Assembly (NCBI GenBank): GCA_963807605.1
Contig: CAWECG010000001.1
Coordinates: 384,001 to 448,000 of the forward strand
Origin: Candidatus Bathyarchaeota archaeon
Lineage (GTDB): Archaea > Thermoproteota > Bathyarchaeia > 40CM-2-53-6 > RBG-13-38-9
Reading direction: 5' to 3'
DNA: 64,000 nt
Part shown: positions 43,114 through 54,214 of the stretch, in pieces
How the letters are laid out: every line of letters starts with the position of its first letter
Numbering within the stretch: position 1 is the stretch's first letter
Notes under the pieces: model-generated
Database searches by the model: none
What the model was told of the DNA's origin: nothing
What the model saw: the letters and a program-made list of their open reading frames with translations, nothing else
Position numbers and translations under genes: made by a program

Positions 43114-43701
43114 ATGAAGTTTAATGGTGTCAATCACCTCGCGATGGCAACAGGCAACATGGACGAGACGATCCGATTCTGGAGAGACCTGCTTGGCATG
43201 CGACTGGTGGCCGGACTAGGCGAGCCCGGCTACAGACACTACTTCTTCGAGCTCTCAAAGAACGACCTGCTCGCATTCTTCGAGTGGCCAGGTGTCGAGC
43301 CGGTACCTAAGAAGGATCATGGGCGGCCTGTCTCCGGCCCCTACATCTTCGACCATGTCTCCTTTGGGGTAGAGACCGAGGACGACCTTTGGGAGCTTAA
43401 GGACAAGATATCGGCAGCAGGCTTCTGGGTCTCAGAGGTCATAAACCACGGCTTCATCCACTCCATCTACGCCTTCGACCCAAACGGGATCCCCATCGAG
43501 TTCAGTCATAACGTCGAAGGAATTGATGTTCGCAAACATCCTCAGATGAGAGACAAAGCCCCCTCAAGCACAACTATTGAAGGTGCTCAACCCCAGCCTG
43601 GAAAGTGGCCACCAGTCAAGAATCGCACACCGAAAAAGGAATGGATTGTTTATCCAGGCGCAGGCAGCGAACTATTCCACGGCGTAAAGAAGACCAAATA
43701 A
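43114..43701 (+). CDS. VOC/glyoxalase family protein
   Basis: HLA, DHVSF, FDPNG..IE. Confidence 0.9.
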   Translation: MKFNGVNHLAMATGNMDETIRFWRDLLGMRLVAGLGEPGYRHYFFELSKNDLLAFFEWPGVEPVPKKDHGRPVSGPYIFDHVSFGVETEDDLWELKDKISAAGFWVSEVINHGFIHSIYAFDPNGIPIEFSHNVEGIDVRKHPQMRDKAPSSTTIEGAQPQPGKWPPVKNRTPKKEWIVYPGAGSELFHGVKKTK

Positions 43702-43771
43702 GATCTCCCCGAACCAGCCTACCCTCAAAATGCGCCACACGCTAGCACAATTACGACGCGCCCGTAAGAGA

Positions 43772-44056
43772 TTATTTTCTGAGCTCTTTGTTTCTCTTCT
43801 GACTCTTCTCCCTAAGCTTCTGGTTCTCCTCTAAGAGACGCTTCATATCATACTCAGAGTAGGGCGTCTTGGTCTGCCTCTGTGTCTGAATGAACTCCGA
43901 TAACAGGTTGAGAAAGATCTCGGAGGGCTGAGACTTGTTCAATCTATTGATCTTTGTGATAATACCATGCTCAGATCTGAACATATGTACTGTAACGTCA
44001 GGATCGTAACTGATATGGTGGCGTTGAACTATTCTGTATCGAGTTCGTCTTCTCAC
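43772..44056 (-). CDS. Hypothetical basic protein, degenerate HNH-like
   Basis: QRHHISY...EH. Confidence 0.5.
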   Translation of the reverse strand: MRRRTRYRIVQRHHISYDPDVTVHMFRSEHGIITKINRLNKSQPSEIFLNLLSEFIQTQRQTKTPYSEYDMKRLLEENQKLREKSQKRNKELRK

Positions 44057-44181
44057 AAGCCAGGCCTCAACAGCAACCTACATAAACTCTCAATCAAAAA
44101 AAGCGCGCCCTAACCATCAACGATTACCGCTGTGTAACCCCTGATTAGGAGGTGCGCCGCTCAGGTTTTATTCCCACTTGT

Positions 44182-44620
44182 TTAGGTCGAGTCTTCGAGT
44201 TCTTTTGCCCGTGACTCAACGAACTCTACAACCTTCTCTTCACTGAACTTTCTTTCTTCCTGTTGCTTTTCTAGGAGTCTCTTGACCGTCTTCAGTAGAT
44301 CTTCTATGTTGATAGGTTTGACGAGGTAGCCGTCAGCGCCCTTGTTCACAGCCTCGACAGCATTCTGCAGTGAGGGGTAGCCTGTTAATATTATCTTCAC
44401 CATTCTCGGGGTTGTCTCCTTCAACTCGGTCAGGAGTCTCGTCCCCTCCATATCGGGGAGGCGTATGTCTATAAAGGCCAAGTTGTAGAATCTGATCTTT
44501 GGACTTTCTTATTGCTTCACTCCCGTTTTCAGCTTGGTCAACAAGGTATCCTTCTCTCTCTAATACGGCGGTCAATACGTCTCTTATGCTCTCATCGTCA
44601 TCGATCACAAGAATTCTGTT
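44182..44620 (-). pseudogene. Response regulator split by a +1 frameshift near 44498
   Basis: IDDDE in one frame and DIRLPD...KP in the other; extra A in an A-run. Confidence 0.85.
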
Positions 44621-44653
44621 AACTTCGTTTATTCCTCTCCACCTCTTTAGATT

Positions 44654-47317
44654 CTACTTGATTGGAAGCGATACCGTGAAGGTTGAACCCTTACCAATAG
44701 TACTTTCAACCAGTATTGAGCCTCCATGCGCCTCTATAATTCGCTTGCAGATCGGTAAACCGAATCCCATACCCCTCGCCTTGGTCGTAAAGAGCGGTAC
44801 CCAGAGCTTCTCCATAACCTCCTGGGTCATACCTTTACCAGTGTCAGCGAAGGCGACTCGCAAATTGCCTTCTGATGCTTGGCTCATGATTGCGAGTTTG
44901 CCCCCTCCAGGCATAGCGTCTATAGCGTTCTTGATGAGGTTCACGTAGACTCGCCTCAACTTCGCTGCGTCAACCCTCACCTTCGGTTCGTCCCCGGTCA
45001 AGTTTGATATTTGGATATTCTCTGGGACTCTTAATGAAGCTAATGCATCCTCGATCAGCGATCTCTGGTCAATCACTGTCAGTTCCAGCCGCACCTCCCC
45101 TGAATAATCTAGGAGGTCGCCGACTATCTTGTTCGCATAGGCGACATCCTTCTCTATTATCTCCAACATCGTCCTGACCTTTTCGTCAGTCGATGTCCTC
45201 AGCCCTACCTTCAGTACATACGCGGCGGCAAGGATTCCCTGAAGAGGATTGCGTAGGTCGTGACCAACCATCCCTGCTAATTCTCCAATAGCAGCCATCC
45301 TCTCTGACTTGAGAAGCAGAGCCTGAATACGTTTGTGCTCAGTTACATCGTGCGCGACACCTTGGACTGCTGGCCTGCCTAGATAGTTTATAGGGATCTC
45401 TACGACCTCGACATCGATGGGTGCACCATCTAGGCGCAGGAACTTCTCTTCAAATACAGGTGCCGATCTTCCTTCTTCAATTGCACGTTGCATCTTCTCC
45501 GTGAAACTCTCCCGATACTCTGGGTGAATAATATCTGTCACAGACCTTCCGATGATCTCTTCAGGATTTGTTGCTCCCAGAAGTCTAGCTCCTGTAGGGT
45601 TCATGTAGACAATTTTGCCTTCGCAGTGGACAAAGATGATATCCGGGGCGTGCTCCAAGAGTCGTCGGTAACGTTCCTCACTCACTGCCAAGTCTCTACT
45701 CTTCGCCCTAACGAGATCCTCCAGGTGATCTGATTGTCTTCTAAGCTCCTCCTCCAGTCTCTTTCGCTCGGTTATGTCACGAAGACTAACTACTCTTCCA
45801 ACTATTCTTCCTCCGATCCTTTGAGGTCTGGAGTATCTTTCGAAGACCCGGCCATCCTTGAATTCAAGCGTGTCTAAGAGCTCTATGTCCGGCTTAGCGA
45901 ATAGTTCTCCGGTACTTCTCACAAAATGCTCTGGGGCTTTCAGCTGGTCCTGAATAAAAGTAATCAACTTTCGGTCATCACGCGTTGTCAATATTGTCTC
46001 TGGAACGCGAACCATGTCCACATATCTTTGGTTATAATCTGTTACCCATTTCTCTGAGTCAACCACGAGGATGCCGTCAGCAGTAGATTCAAGGGTTGCA
46101 CGTAATACAGAAAGGGAACCTTCGAGCTCCTGCTCCATTCGCTTGCGCTCAGTAATGTCGCGGAAGCTGACTACTCTTCCAACAGTTCTTCCTTCTATCC
46201 GACTGGGTCGAGAATACCGCTCGAAAATTCTTCCATCTTTAAACTCTACCAGATCAAAGCTTTCAACATCGGGATGAGAAAATGATTCTTTAATTCTTCT
46301 GTAGACGATCTCGGGATCTTTGGCCTGCTCCTGCAGAAATGCAACGACTTTGCTGTCATCCCTGGACTCCAAGATATGCTTGGGAATGCTCGTTATCTCA
46401 ACAAATCTTTGATTATAGTTGGTTATCTTTTCTTCATTGTCGACTGTGAGGATTCCGTCAGCGGTCGAGTCTAGGGTCGCACGCAATACAGAAAGAGAGT
46501 TCGAAAGCTCTTGCTCAATCCGTTTGCGCTCGGTGATATCAACCCAAATTGAAAGGTAGTACCTAAGCGTCCCGTTACTCGTAATCGGAGTAGCGCTAAC
46601 TTCTATCCAGAAATCCTTTCCTTTCTTCGTTTGGAAGCATTCCTCATGTCGGGTAGCTCCTTGACGCATATACTCTTCGAGACGTTTACTAATCTCATCT
46701 TTCAGTTCCTTCGGCCACCATGGGTAGGGAGCTTTCCTACCAAGGATTTCTGATGAAGAATAACCTGTCAATAATTCAAGGGCCGGATTCACATAACGTA
46801 TTGATGTATCCTTGTTAGCGACGAGTATTGGGTTCGGGGAGTTGGCCAGCAGGCTGGAGCTGAACTCCTGACTTTCTCGCAGTCTCTCCTTGGCGCGTCC
46901 TTCTTCTGTGACATCTCTTGAAACAAGTATTATGCCCCTTTTGCCATCTAATGTCTTAATAGGTTTGGCTCGGATGTGAGTGACCCTTCCAGTGGACTCA
47001 GCAAGGCGGGTGTCTTCGAAGGAGTCTGCTCCCTTCTCCAGTATTTCATGTACTTCGCAAGGTACCCCCGTATGATAGCACGGACTGTCTAAGTCTCTTA
47101 GAATTTTATGGCATTTCTTTCCCAACATATTTCCATAGACATTCTTTGCGGATTCATTGATGAATCGACAAATGTAGTCTTCATCGATGACTACTACGCT
47201 GTCTGACATGTTGGAAAGGATGTTGTCTAGGAAAGGCGAGGTCTCGACTGGTCTGCGGAATTCCCGCTCAAAGATATCCTGTGTCTCTTTTTCCTTTGAT
47301 CTTCGAGCCTTTTTCAA
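44654..47317 (-). CDS. Multi-PAS sensor histidine kinase
   Basis: About five PAS domains, two of them near-duplicates; HDLRNPL, N, DTGKG, G.GL boxes. Confidence 0.95.
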   Translation of the reverse strand: MKKARRSKEKETQDIFEREFRRPVETSPFLDNILSNMSDSVVVIDEDYICRFINESAKNVYGNMLGKKCHKILRDLDSPCYHTGVPCEVHEILEKGADSFEDTRLAESTGRVTHIRAKPIKTLDGKRGIILVSRDVTEEGRAKERLRESQEFSSSLLANSPNPILVANKDTSIRYVNPALELLTGYSSSEILGRKAPYPWWPKELKDEISKRLEEYMRQGATRHEECFQTKKGKDFWIEVSATPITSNGTLRYYLSIWVDITERKRIEQELSNSLSVLRATLDSTADGILTVDNEEKITNYNQRFVEITSIPKHILESRDDSKVVAFLQEQAKDPEIVYRRIKESFSHPDVESFDLVEFKDGRIFERYSRPSRIEGRTVGRVVSFRDITERKRMEQELEGSLSVLRATLESTADGILVVDSEKWVTDYNQRYVDMVRVPETILTTRDDRKLITFIQDQLKAPEHFVRSTGELFAKPDIELLDTLEFKDGRVFERYSRPQRIGGRIVGRVVSLRDITERKRLEEELRRQSDHLEDLVRAKSRDLAVSEERYRRLLEHAPDIIFVHCEGKIVYMNPTGARLLGATNPEEIIGRSVTDIIHPEYRESFTEKMQRAIEEGRSAPVFEEKFLRLDGAPIDVEVVEIPINYLGRPAVQGVAHDVTEHKRIQALLLKSERMAAIGELAGMVGHDLRNPLQGILAAAYVLKVGLRTSTDEKVRTMLEIIEKDVAYANKIVGDLLDYSGEVRLELTVIDQRSLIEDALASLRVPENIQISNLTGDEPKVRVDAAKLRRVYVNLIKNAIDAMPGGGKLAIMSQASEGNLRVAFADTGKGMTQEVMEKLWVPLFTTKARGMGFGLPICKRIIEAHGGSILVESTIGKGSTFTVSLPIK

Positions 47318-47398
47318 ATACCTCTCATCTTCGTCAAAGTTTTATCAAAGTTGATATTAAATTGCTGACTGCGATCTGTAATTCTGTCATGATTCTGC

Positions 47399-47731
47399 TT
47401 ATTTCCTCGCACATCGAACATATTCGAGGAGTGTCCAGTCTGGATGTTCATAAAAGTTCAGATCGAGCCTATCATAGAGATGCTTGGCGATGAGCTTCTC
47501 AACAATCTTGGTTCCCCTGCCAAGTATGCCCTCCAGAGCTTTATGAAAGGTCTCAAGGTGCTCAGGGATTTCTTCGCGTCTGATTTCATACTTCCGCTCA
47601 ATATGGCCATAGATGGCTTGACGGGCACCCTCGCTAAAGACGGCCAAGCCATAGTCAACAGCCTCAAGCAAAATCTCTCTGAAGCGCCTAGCCAAGTCGA
47701 TCTCAAATTTCTGTGACGTGATCTTCACCAT
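47399..47731 (-). CDS. NitrOD5-like hypothetical protein
   Basis: LLEAVD.GL...IP...E.F..ALE.ILG.G pattern. Confidence 0.7.
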   Translation of the reverse strand: MVKITSQKFEIDLARRFREILLEAVDYGLAVFSEGARQAIYGHIERKYEIRREEIPEHLETFHKALEGILGRGTKIVEKLIAKHLYDRLDLNFYEHPDWTLLEYVRCARK

Positions 47732-47966
47732 CTGACAAATCCGCGGGATGATTGTAGTCAGCTCCCATCTTTGGCCAGGATCTCGAAAATCGCGTCAAAT
47801 GATCGCATCCAAACACGCGCGCCAACCTTCCTGTGTTCTAGGGGATGTCCTCTCACCAAGGGAAGTGTGCACTAAGTTACACAAGTTAGCTTCTTAAGAC
47901 TAGTAAAAACAGAAGTCTCGTCTATCTAATCTAGAAATACACAAAACCATTAGGCTTATTACGCTG

Positions 47967-48152
47967 GTGATTTCATTAAAGCCAGTTCATAGAGGAGTAT
48001 CACATTTGGTAGAGATGTTCTGCGTCAAGTGCAAAAAGAAGGTCACAGTTGACGACAGCGCGGTCAAGAGAGAGATGACTGTAAAGGGAAGACCGATTCT
48101 GAAGGCGATCTGTCCAGTCTGCGGTACTAGGATGACCAAGTTTACAAAGTGA
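47967..48152 (+). CDS. DUF5679 zinc-ribbon protein (likely start ATG 48015)
   Basis: CVKC...GRP..K..CPVCGT.M. Confidence 0.8.
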   Translation: MISLKPVHRGVSHLVEMFCVKCKKKVTVDDSAVKREMTVKGRPILKAICPVCGTRMTKFTK

Positions 48153-48278
48153 AAGCCCTCAACTCCCTTTCATACTTAGTAATTAGACTGCGGTCGGTAC
48201 CAGCTGAAGTCAGAGCCTAGAAAACCCAGAGGTTTTTTTCCAGAACTTAACCCTCCTAACCCTCCATTATACGATTCA

Positions 48279-49031
48279 GTGAAACGACACCTCTCATTGG
48301 AGAGGCTGCTTTCTAGGCAAGTGGATGAAGCGGTAGAGAGGAAGTACTGGCGTTTTCGAGCTGATCGATGGTACGGAGGTATAGCAACAGCCGACTGTGT
48401 CGGATGCGGATTAGCCTGCAAGTTCTGCTGGGTAAACGAGAAGGTTCTATGCAATCCGAGAACAACAGGTTCATTCTATAGCCCACGCGATGTTGCTTCA
48501 AGACTCAAAACCATAGCCTCTCAAAGAGACTACAGTCAAGCTAGGGTGAGTGGCGGCGAACCTACGATCTCAAGAGCCCACCTTATCCAACTACTGAAAC
48601 ACCTAGATCATAGCTCTCTAGCCTTCATTCTTGAGACGAACGGGATCCTGATAGGATACGAACGCAGGTACGCAGAAGAACTTGCACAATTCGATTTTCT
48701 GCAGGTCAGAGTTTCCCTTAAGGGATGCTGTGAAGCTGACTTTGAGAGGCTGACCGGAGCCTCACGTGCAGGTTTTAATCTTCAACTTCAAGCCCTCAGA
48801 CACCTGATCGATGAGGGTGTAAGGTGCCACGCTGCGGTTATGAAATCCTTCTCTTCAAATGAATCTTTTCAAGGCTTAGTCGATCGGCTCTCAGGAATCG
48901 ACCCACAACTAAGCGCATTTGAAATTGAGGAGGTGATAATGTATCCGCGGATCGCCAAGAAGATCAGCAAACTAGGACTGAACCCTCGAGTCTCTCACGA
49001 GCCAAGCAAAGTTCCGGCGTATCTTGTCTAG
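48279..49031 (+). CDS. Radical SAM protein
   Basis: CxxxCxxC, SGGEP, ETNG. Confidence 0.9.
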   Translation: MKRHLSLERLLSRQVDEAVERKYWRFRADRWYGGIATADCVGCGLACKFCWVNEKVLCNPRTTGSFYSPRDVASRLKTIASQRDYSQARVSGGEPTISRAHLIQLLKHLDHSSLAFILETNGILIGYERRYAEELAQFDFLQVRVSLKGCCEADFERLTGASRAGFNLQLQALRHLIDEGVRCHAAVMKSFSSNESFQGLVDRLSGIDPQLSAFEIEEVIMYPRIAKKISKLGLNPRVSHEPSKVPAYLV

Positions 49032-50719
49032 GATCTCTTGAAGACTGCACCTTTGTCGGCTGAGGTTACCAGTTGAGCGTATCTGTAAAGGTAGCCGCGT
49101 TTGATCTTTGGTTCAGGCGGCTTCCACGATTTCAGTCGTCGTTGAAGCTCGTCTTTTGAGACTTCGAGGTCAAGTCTTCTTGTCTCAGCATCCATGATTA
49201 TAGGGTCTCCATCCTTGACCAGTCCTATTGGGCCACCTTCAACTGCTTCTGGTGAGACGTGTCCTATGCATGGGCCTCTGGTCGCCCCTGAGAATCGCCC
49301 ATCTGTTGCCAAGGCAACGGACTCTCCAAGTCCCATACCTGAGAGCATGGCGGTCGCCATCAGCATCTCCCTCATGCCAGGTCCGCCTTTAGGCCCTTCG
49401 AACCTGATTATAATAAAGTCCCCAGCAACGATTTTGCCATTCTTAAGCGCTGCGATAACCTCTTCCTCACTATTGAAGACCCTGGCGGGGCCCTTGAACT
49501 TGTACATCTTCGGCGTCACAGCCGCTATTTTCAGAACAGCGCCGTCTGGGGCTAGGCTTCCGCGAAGTATGACCAGCCCTCCTTCCTTGTTAACTGGGTT
49601 GCTTCTTGGTCTTATGACCTCGCTGTCGAACACTCGGGCTTGATCAATTATCTCTTTGATAGTCTTACCGCTGACCGTCGGGAGATCCAGATGAAGCAGA
49701 TCATCAAGCTCTTTCATAAGTGCCGGAACACCTCCTGCATTGTGGAGGTCAACGATCTTGTAGATTCCTCCAGGAGACATGCTACAAAGCTGTGGCGTTC
49801 TCCTGCTGATGTCATCAAAGAGTTCGAGCGGAAGATCTATAGCTGCCTCATTTGCAACAGCTTTAAGGTGTAAAATTGTGTTGGTAGAGCCACCCAGAGC
49901 CATGTCGACCGCTATTGCGTTCTCGAAGGCTTCCTTAGTCATTATCTGGCTGGGTCTGACATCTTTCTCGATGAGATTCATTATCTGCCTGCCGATATCG
50001 TGACACAGGCGCATCTTAGCAGCATCGACTGCTGGAGTCGTCCCCATGTAGGGGATAGTCATCCCCAACGCCTCCATGAGTGCCTGCGTTGTGGTCGCCG
50101 TGTAGAGTCCACCACAGGCACCCGGCCCTGTTAGCGTAATCTCTTCAAGATATGCAGCCTCTTCAGGAGTGATCTTCCCAGCCTGTAGGAGCCCCGGCAC
50201 TTCAAAAAGCTGTCCGACAGTGATCTTCTGACCTTTGTAATACCCCCACGCCGGACAAGCGGGGTACATAGCACCTCCAGGAGCCATTATAGTAGGTATG
50301 TCTAGTCGGGCAGCAGCCATCAACATACCCGGGTTTATCTTATCACATGTTGATAGACAGACCATCGCGTCGAATAGGTGACCTTGAATCATTATCTCAA
50401 TCGAATCCGCTATCAGTTCCCTGCTGGGCAGAGACATCCGCAGTCCCTCGTGACCTTGGGCTATACCATCGCACAGGGCAATCGTGTTGAACTCAATAGG
50501 AGTTCCCTGGGCCTCGAGGATTCCACGCTTGATGTTCCGACTCAGGGTATTCAGGTGGATGTGGCCTGGAACCAGCTCATTCCAAGAATTGACGACTGCG
50601 ACTAGCGGCTTGCTTAGATCTTCCTCTGTGAATCCTGCGCACTTGAACAGGGCGCGATGTACGTAGCGGTCGGTTCCCTCGACGACCTCTCTGCTTCTGA
50701 GTCTCGCTTTCTGTGACAG
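49028..50719 (-). CDS. ilvD: Dihydroxy-acid dehydratase (CTG start inferred)
   Basis: CDGIA, CDK..PG, GP.GGPGM.EM, TDGRFSG; the frame extends to CTG at 50719 behind a GAGGT SD. Confidence 0.93.
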   Translation of the reverse strand: MSQKARLRSREVVEGTDRYVHRALFKCAGFTEEDLSKPLVAVVNSWNELVPGHIHLNTLSRNIKRGILEAQGTPIEFNTIALCDGIAQGHEGLRMSLPSRELIADSIEIMIQGHLFDAMVCLSTCDKINPGMLMAAARLDIPTIMAPGGAMYPACPAWGYYKGQKITVGQLFEVPGLLQAGKITPEEAAYLEEITLTGPGACGGLYTATTTQALMEALGMTIPYMGTTPAVDAAKMRLCHDIGRQIMNLIEKDVRPSQIMTKEAFENAIAVDMALGGSTNTILHLKAVANEAAIDLPLELFDDISRRTPQLCSMSPGGIYKIVDLHNAGGVPALMKELDDLLHLDLPTVSGKTIKEIIDQARVFDSEVIRPRSNPVNKEGGLVILRGSLAPDGAVLKIAAVTPKMYKFKGPARVFNSEEEVIAALKNGKIVAGDFIIIRFEGPKGGPGMREMLMATAMLSGMGLGESVALATDGRFSGATRGPCIGHVSPEAVEGGPIGLVKDGDPIIMDAETRRLDLEVSKDELQRRLKSWKPPEPKIKRGYLYRYAQLVTSADKGAVFKRS

Positions 50720-51018
50720 TATTGACTACCTCGAAATAGACAGCGTGTCGTAAGCGTTGAAGTACAATCTTAAAGTTTTGCCTTTCTCAACGTCCTTTCC
50801 TTCAGGTTGATAGAGGCGACTTCAGTTTCTCATACTTAACAGTGTCACGATCGCAATCGTTTACGGGCGTGCATCACAAACGCTTCCACGTTACGAAGCC
50901 GGTCATGATGGATACTGCTGAAAGTTGTGAGTCTGTGTTCAATCTTTAGAACGCTCGTTTCAAAGTGTGCCCTTATAAGTTGTCGGAACCAAACTCATCC
51001 ACGTAAAGAGATGGTTAG

Positions 51019-51774
51019 ATGTTGAACGGTGATAAGAAACCCTTCTGGGTATTGGCCGCAGTAATAATACTCCTTGTTATATTGAACGGGGCGTTCCTTT
51101 ACAGAATGGAGACAAGGAGCAACCCATCTTCAGTGTCCACCTACACCTCAAACAAAGAAGAACAGCCCAAGAACACAATAACGGTCTCTGGAACCGGGAT
51201 AGTCCACTCAAAGCCAGATCAGGCGCTCATAACTGTCGGAGTCAGTACTGAATCGAAGAGCGCAGAAGATGCGCAGCAAGAGAATGCAGAGAAGATGAAC
51301 TCAACAATAGGTGCTTTGGAGGCAAACGGCATCTCCCAGGATAATATCAAGACTATAAGTTACCGGCTTGAACCGGTGATGAAGTATGATGGGACTCCGG
51401 TCCTGGTCGGCTACCAAGCAGAGAACATGATACAAATCACTCTTAACAACATCACGAGCGTCGGGAAGATCGTGGATATAGCTGTCTCCGCAGGGGCAAA
51501 TGAGGTTCAGAGCATTCAGTTTACACTCACAAACGACCACCTAAGCAGTCTAAGAAATGACGCCATAGACGCAGCAATCGAAGACGCAAGACAGAAGGCA
51601 GAAACAACGAGCAGAAGTCTAGGGGTTCAGCTGATAGGGCCATCGGAAGTAAGCCTGACGACTGGATACGAACCTACTCCAATGACATTAGCACCGAAAG
51701 AGGCGGGGACCCCCGTTATAGCGGGCGAGCTCGACATTTCAATAACCGTTCAAGTCGTCTACCAGTTCAAGTAG
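51019..51774 (+). CDS. SIMPL/DUF541 domain protein
   Basis: TITVSG.G.V...PD, AGAN.V, A..KAE. Confidence 0.92.
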   Translation: MLNGDKKPFWVLAAVIILLVILNGAFLYRMETRSNPSSVSTYTSNKEEQPKNTITVSGTGIVHSKPDQALITVGVSTESKSAEDAQQENAEKMNSTIGALEANGISQDNIKTISYRLEPVMKYDGTPVLVGYQAENMIQITLNNITSVGKIVDIAVSAGANEVQSIQFTLTNDHLSSLRNDAIDAAIEDARQKAETTSRSLGVQLIGPSEVSLTTGYEPTPMTLAPKEAGTPVIAGELDISITVQVVYQFK

Positions 51775-52031
51775 TGATTAACCTCTCACTACTACTGTTC
51801 GCATTCGAGTCGGCAACTATTCTGTGAGAACATCACGTTATGTCCGCGGATACAACTTCGAATACTATACTGATAAAGACGGCAACGACTGTGCTTCTGA
51901 AGCGCGCGCTACTCCACTGGAAATCAAGGTGAAACAAATTTGAAAAAAACAGACTCGAACCATACACCTAAAATACCACCTCCACCACCTTACTTCTAGG
52001 CGCAGTCACTTTATGATAGGAGAGGGAAAAC

Positions 52032-52793
52032 ATCTACCCTCAAGGTTATCAATATAGACCAGGCTTTGGTGGCCAACAACCAAGCTGGCAGGGTTGGGGT
52101 CAGGGGGCATATCAGCAGTCAGCATATGGTTATCAGCCTCAGTATTACCGGCAGTATAACCAGCCACAGCAACCATACCGGTCACAATACTATCCACCTC
52201 AATACTATCAACCTCAGGCACCCGCACCGTTTCAACAGCAGCAATACAATCAACCTCAGGCACCACCACCGTTTCAACAGCAGCAATACAATCCCTATCA
52301 ATACCCAAGCCAGCAGGGTTTTCCTCAACCGTCTCCGCCATGGATGATGCCCTTTGGAAGAGGCGCCGCCCTCACAGCGGCCTCGATCATATTTATCGTC
52401 TTCGGGGCGATTTGGATCGTATATGGCATAATCGCCCTCATCGCAGGTTTCCTCCCCTCACTCGCTGGAACACCAATCATCGGGGACTTCGTAAGCGCAG
52501 GTGTATGGATCTCGGCAACCATAGGGATCGGGTTACTGATACCAGGTATACTGTGTTTAGTCGCAGGATACCTGATCTGGAAGAGACGGAGATCCGGGGG
52601 CATGCTGGGGATTATCGTAGCCGCAATCCTAATAGCAGTAAACGCCGGGACAATTGCATTGTTAAGACTAGGGACGATGGTGATCGGTGCTATTGGAGTC
52701 GTTATCTTGGCCCTAGCAATAGTGTTAATAGCGATCGGATGGAAGCATTTTCAATCGCCCTGGCAAGCACCCTGGCCACCGCCTTGGCAATAG
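52032..52793 (+). CDS. Membrane protein with a Q/Y/P/G-rich low-complexity N-terminus
   Basis: The frame of 52344..52793 is open back to 52020; four TM helices; start uncertain (ATC 52032 or ATG 52344). Confidence 0.65.
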   Translation: MYPQGYQYRPGFGGQQPSWQGWGQGAYQQSAYGYQPQYYRQYNQPQQPYRSQYYPPQYYQPQAPAPFQQQQYNQPQAPPPFQQQQYNPYQYPSQQGFPQPSPPWMMPFGRGAALTAASIIFIVFGAIWIVYGIIALIAGFLPSLAGTPIIGDFVSAGVWISATIGIGLLIPGILCLVAGYLIWKRRRSGGMLGIIVAAILIAVNAGTIALLRLGTMVIGAIGVVILALAIVLIAIGWKHFQSPWQAPWPPPWQ

Positions 52794-53239
52794 TGCTAGT
52801 AGCGGTCGGATGGAAGCGCTTGCTGTAAACTGAATGGATCGAAAATGCAACCAGACCGATCGGACGCCCGGCAGAAGTTTACGCAATAAGCTAAACTCAA
52901 CGTAACGCTGTCAATCCTAGAAGATTATCTCGATACAGACACGCACGAAAAGTCACTATGATAGTCGTACCTCAACCATCGTGAATATTTGATCGAATAT
53001 TCGCAACAAGCCATATTTCTGCATCGTCCCCTAGCATCATACCGTTAATGGGAGAAGCCGGTCAGTTTCTTAAGCAAATAACTCGAAATAACATGTTTTG
53101 CATGGACTCAACATCCCAGCGCGCGCTCTAGTTCAGCTGACTTCTTGGAGGGTTAACGGCTAGCTATTCATGATGGAATGTTGGAGACCTGGAGTAATAG
53201 CGAAATGACAGATACAGGCAACTGAAGGAAGAACCCGTT

Positions 53240-54058
53240 ATGCCGATGACCGAACCCCTCTTAGTCAAGCTCCTCAAAAAGGCCTTTCCCCACAGGACTC
53301 TACCGGCCAGATTGAGCAGAGCGCCCGTCCTCGGAGGGCTTATCGATCTCATGTTATTCGATGGAGATAATATGATCTACCTGCCGAAAGACCAAGTGAT
53401 CCAGATAAACAAGCCAATCGAGAGACTGGGTGAAATGGTGCTGCCGTCGCAAGTGGCGGAGCATTTCATCAAGACGGCGAATTATCATTGGATAATGGAT
53501 TGGTGTATCTGCCGCAAATCCATGAAGTGTAAGGACTACCCTGTTGATCTGGGCTGCCTCTTTCTGGGAGAAGCTGCACTGAAGATCGATCCACGTATAG
53601 GACATAAAGCAACAAAGGAAGAAGCCCTGGAACATTTACGACGCTGCCGTGAAGCTGGCCTAGTTCACCTAATTGGAAGAAACAAACTCGATGCAGTTTG
53701 GCTTAAAGTCGGGCCAAGCAACAGACTTCTGACAATCTGCAACTGTTGCCAATGTTGCTGTCTTTGGCGAGTCTTGCCTCATCTGGCACCTTACATTAGT
53801 TCGAAGGTTACAAAGATGCCTGGCGTGAGAGTAAGAGTTACAGATCGCTGTACGGACTGCGGAACTTGTACTCAGGGGATATGCTTCGTAAATGCTATAC
53901 AGCGAGTCAACAACCGCGTGGTTAGAAGCGACGAATGCAGAGGGTGCGGACGCTGCGCTGAGGTCTGCCCCCAGAAGGCAATTGAGATCTTAATTGACAA
54001 TAACCTTTTTGTGAAAGAGTCAGTCGATCGTATCACATCATCAGTAGATGTCTCGTGA
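53240..54058 (+). CDS. 4Fe-4S binding protein
   Basis: CICR, ICNCC.CCC, two CxxCxxCxxxC motifs. Confidence 0.88.
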   Translation: MPMTEPLLVKLLKKAFPHRTLPARLSRAPVLGGLIDLMLFDGDNMIYLPKDQVIQINKPIERLGEMVLPSQVAEHFIKTANYHWIMDWCICRKSMKCKDYPVDLGCLFLGEAALKIDPRIGHKATKEEALEHLRRCREAGLVHLIGRNKLDAVWLKVGPSNRLLTICNCCQCCCLWRVLPHLAPYISSKVTKMPGVRVRVTDRCTDCGTCTQGICFVNAIQRVNNRVVRSDECRGCGRCAEVCPQKAIEILIDNNLFVKESVDRITSSVDVS

Positions 54059-54214
54059 CCCTCTATTATTGCAAGCCGAGCGCACAACAACAATAATATT
54101 GAACTACGAAAAAGTCGAAACCATAGCACGCAAATTTTTTGCACAACTTTTCAATAAGAATTCATATGATAACCAATTCTGTTATGCTGCCTGAGATCGC
54201 ACATTGAAATGAGG

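Noticed and set aside
52006-52347. ORFs 52006..52341 (-) and 52066..52347 (+)
   Set aside because: Shadow frames of the Q/Y/P-rich coding region.
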